DNA of 64,000 nucleotides from Alloascoidea hylecoeti (taxonomy: Eukaryota). Location of the stretch: assembly GCA_001600815.1 (NCBI GenBank), contig BCKZ01000003.1, forward strand, positions 1,351,474 to 1,415,473. The letters run 5' to 3'. The translations under genes and the position numbers were made by a program. Under the pieces are notes generated by a model, which saw only the letters and a program-made list of their open reading frames with translations, made no database searches and had not been told where the DNA came from. Every line of letters begins with the position of its first letter. The stretch's first letter is position 1. Positions 12,577 through 25,921 of the stretch are shown here, piece after piece.

Positions 12577-13650
12577 TCAGTGAGGAAACTCCTTTATATT
12601 TTGTTGATTTAAATATAAAGCGAGAATAGCTTTGAGTGGACAGAATACAACAAACAAAATGGATGATATTGTTATTGCAGTACTATCCAGTACAAGTAGA
12701 TAAGTTTCACTTGTCCAAGTTGCACCATTTGAACCCTCAGCATATTCAACAACTCTGAAAACTGATCGTACCATAATTAAAAGGGAAGAAACAATGAATA
12801 AAATATTAACTGCTTTCCAATTTTCTATTTTACTTGGAGAATGTCTCATCTCAATCGATGTAGGAGTAGGTTCTTTATTCATCATGTAAACAAATCGTAT
12901 TTCCATGATAATGAATAAAGCGAAGAAAATAACTTGAATTATAAGACCACCAACAACAATCCATAAACTAGTATTGACTTTGTCAGAATCACCACTAGCA
13001 GACATACCAGCACCACCCGATTGAACTAATAAACTTATAACATCTCCAGCGACAAATATTGGAGTTAGAAATTTGACTTTAACTGGACAATATTTTTCAC
13101 TATTCAATAGAACCACAAGTCTTCCAAATAACATATAAATTGTTGCAGCCATGAATGCGGGACCAATTAATGTAAGAAGGGATTGAATAATATAATAAGG
13201 CACGGAATCCTTATCAGAATGTGAACCAACTCTTCCAATATATCCAACAGCCTCACAGAGATTTCCAATAAGGAAGGGAATAAAACAACAGACATATCTT
13301 ATAAAAACTTTTTTCAATTGTTTTGGATTAATCATTGCTTTTGAATTTATTTCATCATTTCCTGAATTAACTAGAGATTTATTCGATTGATTTTCACTCC
13401 GAGTAACTGGATCTTCATATGTAGTCTGTGGCCATGATTCTAATGATTGGTTCGCATCAGTAAGTCTATCTACATACTTTGAGTATTTTCTGTAGCCCAA
13501 AATTTGTCTTAAAATCTGAAGAAAAAATAGAAGGAAAAACATGATGGTGAAAAATATGTTTGCACCTAAATTTGGTGTATATTTATATAATTCCCATTCA
13601 CCATCATCAATAGCTGCTCTAATAGTAAGATTGATATTGTGAATTGACAT
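12577..13650 (-). CDS. RTA1/RSB1-family 7-TM lipid-translocating exporter, copy 3
   Basis: 357 aa, same motifs, closely similar to copy 2. Confidence 0.95.
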   Translation of the reverse strand: MSIHNINLTIRAAIDDGEWELYKYTPNLGANIFFTIMFFLLFFLQILRQILGYRKYSKYVDRLTDANQSLESWPQTTYEDPVTRSENQSNKSLVNSGNDEINSKAMINPKQLKKVFIRYVCCFIPFLIGNLCEAVGYIGRVGSHSDKDSVPYYIIQSLLTLIGPAFMAATIYMLFGRLVVLLNSEKYCPVKVKFLTPIFVAGDVISLLVQSGGAGMSASGDSDKVNTSLWIVVGGLIIQVIFFALFIIMEIRFVYMMNKEPTPTSIEMRHSPSKIENWKAVNILFIVSSLLIMVRSVFRVVEYAEGSNGATWTSETYLLVLDSTAITISSILFVVFCPLKAILALYLNQQNIKEFPH

Positions 13651-16301
13651 TGTAATAATGATAGTATCAACTAATATTGATCGTGTGAATTAATATTGAT
13701 TGTTGTAGACAGATATCGAACAGGTGGAAATGAGGGATTGTTTAGCTTATATATGTAAATTTTTATAAATCTTCTTTATCTTCTGAGCTAACAATTTCAA
13801 TGAAACACATAGCCTCAGTGGTCAACAATAGATTTTACTAAGGAAAATGCTCCATGCGGCGTTAACGGGCTCTCCAAATCTGGTGTAATTGTATGGTGAG
13901 GTTTCTCAAATGCAGCTGTATGCATAATAACCTGCATCCTTCAGCCCTATCAATATTTATTATGAATGTCTCCTCCTTCATCATTTCATTAATGTTACAA
14001 GTTGCGATTGCAGTTGATGTTGGTGGAATCAAATCACCAGTTAGTACATCATTACTCCGATGCCTCTTATAGTGTTTATTATATATATTTTAAATTCGTA
14101 AGCGGAGTAAAACTTGTAAGTTATACATATTTAGCCGTATACTAATAATAATTATACCAATATAATTATTAACAATTTCACCATCTCAATTAATTAAAAT
14201 TAAATAAATTTATAGAGATATATGAGACCTCCAGTCTTTCAAAGGTCGCCATGGCGATAGATGTTAAAGTTCAAAGTGCCTGTTCTCCCAGTTGCGCCAA
14301 AAAGCCAATCGACTCTTTAGTGAACTGTTCTAAGAGTGTAATATATCCAACAATAGAAATGGAATTTATTTACATGTGGTAGGTTTACGCCTCCATTTTT
14401 CAAAAAGAGTAGTTAAACTTAATAGCTTTATTAATGACTATAAATGCTTCCGTATACCTTGTCATTAGTTTTGAGCACATTAAAAACATTAATTGCTGCT
14501 AAAATGACAGATATTAGAGAACCATGTATATCAAACATATTTATTTGATTTTAAATGAAGTTCAAGTCTAATAATTAATATTAGTTATCTTAGATGAGCT
14601 TAATAATATAAATAAGACAATATACCAATTAGATACATTAATTGACGATTTATTAGCATATCGTATCGTAACAATGCATCTTCATGTCAAGGTTTCCTAA
14701 ATAAACCCGTAGCTAAGCCTGTTTCTGAAGAATTATAAGCATACCAATCACTAAAATAATATATATTAAACAGTGTAATATCAAATTATACATATTCTGT
14801 TATTGCTTATCATGACACTAGTGGTGCAAATTTAAAAGAGAGCATCGCCAATTGCTGACCCGCTACATATCGGGTTCCCGTTAATTCATGAATATTATCA
14901 CCATATGAATAATTATAATAAGAATGGAAAAAACATAAATACAAGTTTTAAATTAACAACTTTAAATTGTTCGGCTAATAACTACGAGCAAGACTGCCGC
15001 GAGCCCTCTACCATTCAGTGCATTGAGCTCACTAGCGCCAAGATTCTAACATATACCTCTTTGTTATTATCGGAGAATTATGTGTAATTAATGAATTTCC
15101 CTCTGGGGAGTCGGGATTTGGCTTCGAGTAGTTTTCTTAGGGGATGCGCGAGCACCATGGTAGGGATATGAGCTAATCAATTTCCTTGCATCTTAATGAT
15201 ATTTTTCCAACAACGCTTCATAGAACTTATTTTACAAACTAGGTAGATTTACATTGTTTAAGTGAAGCCTAATAAGATGAATCTCTCCTCAATTTTTTGG
15301 TTACTTCTACATCTTTTTTGGCTACCCAAATATCTCCGTACTTTGATATCATCTTCTAGGGATTAAAATAGTGAATTACAGTTGTAGATAGATCTAATAT
15401 TTTGGGTGCTACAACATCAGTTCTCGCATTTTATTATAATGAAATCCTTTTATATATATATATAAGACCGATGATTGGTGAAATTTATTACCAGCCTTTT
15501 GTAGTAGATACTTTTCAACATCCCCTTTAACAGCATAAAACATGATACATCCAATCCTGGGTAGTGTATTCTTTGAGGTTAGTTAGGTTTTGAGATAAAT
15601 ATTTTGGCAACTTTCCTATACGATTATTTTAATGTTTTATTTCAAGAGCAGAAAATATGAGTTTGTTTTTATTCTCCTTCTTTATATTAAAAGTGCTTGT
15701 ACGTGCGATTTGAATTACCAGTGATGATTTGGTGATTTTAAAACAAGGAAGAATTTTTAATTTGAGTTCCAACTCTTTTAGTATTTTTGTAGTCAGCCGG
15801 ACAAATTTATAAACCTTATCGACTTTTCATTCTTCACCGCGGCGCTTATATTAAAAAATATATTGTACTATTCTATAGATATAAGAGCAGCATATAATGC
15901 GCACATGAAAATTTTCAACCATTCGTGGGATACTTGAAATGGCGTTTTATGATTGAAGTTGGCGAACTCTGCGGTCAATAGGCTACATCGTAGAAAAAAG
16001 CTTACACCACAAAAAATTTACAAATTTAACATATTGAAGATATATTATCAGAATTATAATTATAAGCTTGAGTATATTTAACAATATTATTCTTAATGAT
16101 TTACATTTTTTGCTAGTTTTGCAAATTGTGATTGAAATGTCACAGATATCGGTGTCCTGGTAGTTTTATTTTTCCTGTTATCAGTTCTTCACGTTATATC
16201 CTCATTGGATGTGTATTCTATAGTTTTAGCTTCTGTTAAATTGATTATTTATAATCAGCATAGTCTAATATTTTGTGTACCATATGTTCAAAGATTTACT
16301 C

Positions 16302-16368
16302 TCGGAATGACCGAGTTCATTATTTTGGAGTACCGGTACCGGTGCAAAACAATGAACTCGGCCACCGA
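16302..16368. repeat. Near-perfect palindrome centred on ACCGG-TA-CCGGT (possible back-to-back transposon TIRs)
   Basis: CCGAGTTCATTATTTTG (16311-16327) vs CAAAACAATGAACTCGG (16345-16361): 16/17 complementary, around the 12-bp palindrome ACCGGTACCGGT. Confidence 0.75.
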
Positions 16369-16924
16369 AAATACATCACGGGTGAATTCGTCTCTGCCCG
16401 ATTTTTGATCGAGACTGGCTTATACACCGCATTTTTACTTACTTATTATAATAATCAGAAATTGTTTCATGACTCTGTTGGTAGTTTTCATTATATATGA
16501 AACTTTTATTCACCAAAAATTTACGATTAATATTTCATTGGTAGATACACTTAATTATAAAAAGGAGAGAAAAAAATAACGACTAATGTTACAACATTTA
16601 TAAAGCCATTGCTTGCAGTCAAATCATGCACACACTTCTCTAAATTTATTAGAAAATCGAAATTCATATTTTGCTAGAATCCTGATAAGTTTAGGGCGCA
16701 AATATTATATTATTAACGTATCATCCACATATTCTCTGAGTTCTGAGGGAAATCGAGTTAGAAATAATTATTGAGTCGATGAACTCATTGAGGAGAGGCA
16801 TATATAGGTTAGAAGAAAAAGCAGCCCAATATTTTCACCTAGGTACCCTACTATAAGCATATGATCTTAATAATAGCCAATTTTATAGAAAGCTCTTCGA
16901 TGTTAATTTTCAATTTTCAATACC

Positions 16925-18155
16925 CTATAAATGTCTTAAGTATTTTTTTCCTTAAATTGTCAGTGAAATCAAAAATAACAACCTCACCATCCATAGTTAA
17001 AGCGCCTAGCCTATTTGAATCGGCACCAATTGAGGAAGTGGACTTAAATTCAAATTTTCATGATTTGGATTTTTAAACTCTTTAAATAGTTCTAAATCAT
17101 TTAAATTCCACACCTTAATAGTACAATAATTATTAACAGAAATGATTTTATTATTAGATATAGATAAATTGACTGCTCCTTCATCTGATAAAATATTTGT
17201 TTTATTTGTAAATTCAGAGCTGTTATTTTGTTATATTTACCAACAAATAAGTATTGATCATTTACTTCAATGCAGTTTATAAGATCAAATCCGAATTCTT
17301 GGGTTATTTGACCAGTTTCAATATTCCAAGTTCTTACATTGTAATGCCCTGTACTATATAGAATACCATTATAGACGCAAATATCATATATGAAACCTAC
17401 TCCTTTCAAACGCTGTTATAAATTAAACTGTTAGTTTACTTTCTAGATCATCAAGACTTGATTTCCAAACCTCAATATAATCATCATTACAGCATAATAT
17501 AGTCATTGTATAATGCAACATCCTTTATAATTAAACTCCTTTCTACTGGTATTATCAGACAATACATTGGGTTAAAATCTGGTAATTTCCAAATTATACA
17601 AGAACCATCACACGAACCAGAAACTAAGTATCTGTCATTAATATCCATACAACTAGCTTCACCTAAATGAAATTTGATATCCATATTTTTTTTGATTCCA
17701 TTATTTTCATCCTTGAAAAATAATCTCATAAATTTAGTACATCTAATTGTGTAAAATCTTGGGGTTCACCTAAAACTCTTAAAGTTTGAAAAGTTTCATT
17801 ATCCCAAATTCTTATTGTACAATCTTCTCATTTTTTAAAAAATTTAACAAAACACGTTTCAGAAGAATGACCACTTAATTAACTTATGTTGTGTAAATTT
17901 GCCATTTTTCCATAATTTGATTCTAATAGATATTGTTCTTGGTATAATTCATACCATGAATCAGTTTCAGAATCTTCATTATAGTATTTCCAAGATTTTT
18001 AATCTTGAAATTTTGATTTCCATATATTATTATTTTCGACTGTTTGTTTCCATGATTTAGAAACTTTTCTACAAATGAGTAAAGTTAATGTTGGTGAGTC
18101 TGTGAAGGTTATTTCAGATATTTCGGAGGTCACAAACAAGATCGATTGTCCTCAT
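16925..18155 (-). pseudogene. F-box/WD40-repeat protein pseudogene
   Basis: MRTIDLVCDL/SEISEITF...TLLICRKVSKSWKQTVENNNIWKSKFQD* (F-box), then WD40 pieces (SGHSS, CTIRIWD, YLVSGSCDGSCIIWK, YNVRTWNIETG, KVWNL, IFDFTDNL). Multiple in-frame stops and frameshifts. Confidence 0.85.
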
Positions 18156-18550
18156 AAGTTTTTTGTATAAATGCATGTTTCAATTGATAAAGCAGTTAAC
18201 AATTATTGACTAGCTATCAATAATTTTTTTTTTTTTTTTAATGACAAATGGGAAGAGAAAAAAAGAGGAGGGTTACAATCTAATGAAGTGATGAATTGAC
18301 TTGTTTCAGATAATATCCATTTAATTTTACAGTACTCAATAACTTAATTATGTAACTAAAAATGAAGAACTCTCTCAATTAGAAATGTCCAATATCAAGA
18401 ATCTTCTCTGTTCTTTGCTGTGATGATAACTTATTGTAAGATGAAAATACCTGATATCTTGAATTCTCTACTAATAATATTAATATTAATAATCCTACTT
18501 TATCCCGGAAGTTTGTGATATTTTCTCCCGGGTTTTATATGAAATTTAAA

Positions 18551-18617
18551 ACGCGTCCACTTCTTTCTTACATTACTGAATTGAGTAATTTTATTGGATT
18601 AAATCTTAAACGCGAAA
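18551..18617 (+). promoter_or_regulatory. MCB/SCB-like G1/S elements upstream of MCM3
   Basis: ACGCGT at 18551-18556 and ACGCGAAA at 18610-18617, 235-300 bp before the MCM3 ATG in very AT-rich DNA. Confidence 0.65.
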
Positions 18618-18851
18618 AACAATTAATTTATATCTTTTCTTTTAATTTTCCTCCCACTTTTTCTTAATTTTCCACAGCATTTCAAAAAACAGATCTTTAT
18701 TTATTAAGAATCTATCTTAATTTCATTTTGTTTTATATATCTTTCATTTTATAATCTTTACTGTTGTCCAATTTCTCGGTTGTCCAGTCCACCACTTCTT
18801 TCAAACAAGAAACATCAAATAAACAATTTTTAAGATATCAACAAACATACA

Positions 18852-21502
<2,651 letters not shown>

Positions 21503-21817
21503 TCCCCTCGTTACGATTACGCTAGAGCACGATATCTTGATAAATATTAATCTTTATTGTTTATTTAACTATGTATAATATAATTTTTGTGACTAAATAT
21601 GATTTTGAAATATATGGGAATTTCCTAAGTTTATAAATAAAACTTAACAAAATAATGTAAAATTTCATCCCCTTTCTTTTCTAATATTGCTGTTTTGTTA
21701 ATAGTGAAGGATATGCACAAAATGGATATGGAAATGCAGGTTTATCTTCAAGCGTATTTTTTTCTCCAATTCTTCCACCTTCTTTTTCTCTACAACACAA
21801 TTTATTAAAGGGAAAAA

Positions 21818-24800
21818 ATGTATGTAATCTCAAAAACATTAATATTTTGATCTTTTTCCGAACAAACTTTCTCCTCCGAAGTATCAAAAACTAACCTTCT
21901 CTTTTTTCATGTTTCAAGGGTGTCGTCGTTGGTGCCGGTGTCTACGGTGGTTGACGCCACGCTGTTAAAAGAACGTCCTAATTTTGCAAAACCTTATGTT
22001 TGGCCTTTTTTCATTTTATATCCCATTCTTTTCTATATTTACACGGAAAAGTATGATGAATACATCGGTGGTTCGGAATGGACGTTTGTATATTTCGGAT
22101 CAGTTATGTCTTTACAGAGTCTTTTCTGGTTGATGCCTCATTGGAACATTAACATCAGATCACAATTTCAATTTATTGAGGTATGTTCCATCATCTAAAT
22201 GTTTATTATATATTTACTTACTAATTATATTAATAGGTTTCCAAATTAGAAAATGCAACACATATTAAAGTGATTCCAGCTCCAAATTGCGGTTCAGGTG
22301 ATATATGTAGTATTAGACGTGATATTTATCCAGACGAAACTCAAATCACATTTGTTTATCAAAAGAGAAGATTTTTATACAACCCAAAACATGATAATTT
22401 TACACCTCCATTATTTGAAATTGATAAAAATCCAAAACTATCAATTTTTCAAAATGCTGAAGGTATTTCTCTTGAATCAGATGTTGACAAACTTGAAAGA
22501 TTTTATGGAAAAAATCATTTTGATATTCCTGTTCCTTCATTTTTAGAATTATTTAAAGAACATGCAGTTGCTCCATTTTTCGTCTTTCAAGTTTTTTGTG
22601 TTGCTCTGTGGTGTCTTGATGAATTTTGGTATTATTCTTTATTCAATTTATTTATGTTAGTTGCTTTTGAAGCAACTGTGGTTTTCCAAAGAAGAACAAC
22701 TATGGTTGAATTTAGAACTATGGGTGTTCCTCCATATCCAATTTATGTTCATAGATGTGGTGAATGGATTGAAATTCAAACTGATGAACTTTTACCTGGT
22801 GATTTGGTATCAATTACAAGAAGTAGTGAAGATAGTGGATTACCTTGTGATTTAATTTTAATCGATGGTACTGCAATTGTTAATGAAGCTATGCTTTCTG
22901 GTGAATCAACTCCATTATTAAAAGAATCTTGTTTATTGCGTCCTGGTGATGCAACTTTTGAAACTGAAGGTCTTGATAAAAATTCAATCTTACATGGTGG
23001 AACTAAAGTTCTTCAATTTACTCCTCCTATTGATCCAAAAGTTACTTCTCCTCCTGATAATGGTGCTTTAGCTGTTGTTACTAAAACTGGTTTTGAGACT
23101 ACTCAAGGAAGTCTTGTTCGTGTTATGATTTTTTCTGCTGAAAGAGTTAGTGTTGGAAATAAAGAATCTTTATTATTTATTTTATTCTTATTGATTTTCG
23201 CTATTGCTGCTTCAAGATATGTTTGGATTGAAGGTTCTAAAATGGATAGAAAACAATCAAAATTGTTGTTGGATTGTGTTTTGATTATTACTTCTGTTGT
23301 TCCACCAGAATTACCGATGGAATTAACTATGGCTGTTAATACATCACTTGCTGCATTATCTAAATCTTATATTTATTGTACGGAACCTTTTAGAATCCCA
23401 TTTGCTGGTCGTGTTGATGTTTGTTGCTTTGATAAAACTGGTACTTTAACTGGAGAAGATTTAGTTTTTGAAGGTTTAGCTGGTTTCGATAAAAATATTG
23501 AAAAATTATCAACTCCTACAGATGTTCCACATGATACCATTTTAGTACTTGCTTCTGCACATGCTTTAGTTTTATTAGATGATGGTGAAACTGTCGGTGA
23601 ACCAATGGAAAAAGCGACTCTTGATGCTATTGGATGGAAAGTTTCACCTAATGATATTGTTGAATATATTGATCCTGAAACAAAAGAATTAAGAAAAAGA
23701 GATCATCGTAATCTTCGAGTTCATAAAACTCATAAAGATCATGTTAAAATATTACGTCGTTTTCAATTTTCTTCGGCTTTAAAACGTTCTTCAAGTATTT
23801 CAACCCATGGTTCAAAAACATTAGTTGCAGCAAAAGGTGCACCAGAAACTATAAAGAAAATGTTAAATAATATACCTGAAGATTATGAAAAAACTTATAA
23901 ATATTTTACTAGATCTGGAAGTCGAGTTTTAGCATTAGGTTATAAATATTTAGAAGATAATATTTCTTCAAATAAAATTTCAAAAATTAAACGTGAAGAA
24001 GTTGAATCAAATCTTTTATTTGCTGGTTTTTTAGTTTTCCATTGTCCATTAAAAGATGATGCAATTGAAACAATTCAAAATTTAAATGAATCAAGTCATA
24101 GATGTGTTATGATTACTGGTGATAATCCACTTACTGCCGTTCATGTTGCAAAAGCTGTTTATATTGTTGAAAGACCAACTTTAATTTTAGACACACCAGA
24201 AGATCAACATTCTGCTGCTGAATTAATTTGGAAAAGTGTTGATGAAAAGAAAATCATTCCTGTTGATCCTTTAAAACCACTTGATGAATCAATTTATAAC
24301 GAATATGATTTATGTCTTACAGGTCATGCTTTATCAAAATTAAAAAATCATAATCAATTAATTAATCTATTAAAACATACTTGGGTGTATGCTCGAGTTT
24401 CACCACTTCAAAAAGAATTCATTTTAACCTCTTTAAAAAATGCTGGTTATACAACTTTAATGTGTGGTGATGGTACAAATGATGTTGGTGCTTTAAAACA
24501 AGCAAATGTTGGTCTTGCTTTACTTAATGGTACTGAAGAAGGTATGAAAAAAATGGCAGAAAATCGTCGTATTGAAGGTGTAAAAATGATGTATAAAAAA
24601 CAATGTGATTTAATGGCAAGATGGGGGAATGGTCAGGTTCCACCTGTTCCTCTTCCAATTTCTCATTTATATCCTCCTGGTCCAACAAATCCTCATTATT
24701 TAAAAGCTTTAGAAAATCGTGGTACTTTTATTACTGATGAAATTAAACAAAAAGTTGCATTAGCTTATCAAAATGCTCATTATAATCAAAATCAACGTGC

Positions 24801-25689
24801 TTCTGCAAATAATGCTGCTAATATGGCTAATCAATTAATGTCATTTCAAGAAGAAAATGAAGATGAAGCACCAACTTTAAAACTTGGTGATGCATCTGTT
24901 GCTGCTCCATTTACATCTAAACTTACAAATGTTTCTTCAGTTACTCATGTTATTAGACAAGGAAGATCAGCCTTAGTTGCAACTATTCAAATGTATAAAA
25001 TTTTAGCTTTGAATTGTTTAGTTTCTGCTTATTCTTTAAGTGTTTTATACCTTGCAGGTATTAAATTTGGTGATGGTCAAGCAACTGCTTCAGGTGTTTT
25101 ATTATCAATTTGTTTTTTAAGTATTTCAAGAGCAAAAACAATTGAAAAATTATCACCACAAAGACCACAACCAGGTATATTTAATACTTATATAATGGGA
25201 TCAATTATGGGACAATTTATAATTCATATTGTTAGTCTTATTTATATTCGATCTGAAGTTTATAAAATTGAACCACGTGGTTCGGATATTGATTTAGATG
25301 CTAATTTTTCACCATCATTATTAAATACTGCTATATTTTTATTACAATTAGCACAAAATGTTTCAACATTTGCTGTTAATTATCAAGGTAGACCATTTAG
25401 AGAAAGTTTAACTGATAATAAAGGAATGTATTATGGATTATTAGGTGTTGCTTTTATGGCATTAGCAGGTAGTACTGAATTTTTCCCAGAAATGAATGAA
25501 ATGTTAAAATTTGTTAAAATGGAATATTTATTTAAAATTAAATTAACAACTACTTTATTATTTGATTATTTTGGTTCATGGGCTGTTGAATTATTTTTTA
25601 AATATTTCTTTGCTGATTTTAAGCCAAGTGATATTGCAAGAAGAGAACCAATTATTATTAAATCAATTGAAGAGAAGAAGAATGATTAG
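21818..25689 (+). CDS. SPF1: P5A-type ATPase Spf1 (exons 21818-21819, 21919-22180, 22237-25689)
   Basis: PPELPMEL, CFDKTGTLT, MCGDGTNDVGALK, LSGES. Introns 21820-21918 (GTATGT..ACTAAC..AAG) and 22181-22236 (GTATGT..ACTAAT..TAG). Spliced N-terminus MVSSLVPVSTVVDATLL matches the Spf1 pattern. Confidence 0.95.
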
Positions 25690-25921
25690 ATTATAAAAAT
25701 TAAATTTAATTAATTTTTTTATAGACGTCGACCCTTAATGTTTATTTTTACATTAATATTTGAAATGGGTACAATAGTTATTTAAGTTTATATAGGTTTA
25801 AGGATTTTAAAATGATCTTTAGAAAAATATCATGCATATATTAGTTATAATATCAATTTTTTATATATTGTATTAAAATAAAAAGAAAAAGAAAAAAAAA
25901 GGTATGTATGTTTAAAAAATG

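Larger units (their letters stand above)
826..14680. repeat. Diverged tandem triplication of ~4-5 kb RTA1-family units (gene plus flanks)
   Basis: Homologous non-coding blocks recur: 826-1010 vs 4865-5048; 1330-1371 vs 5731-5772; 3931-3975 vs 8383-8428 vs 14445-14490; TGTAAGTTA..TTTAGCC.TATA near 3691/8102/14114. Boundaries approximate. Confidence 0.85.
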
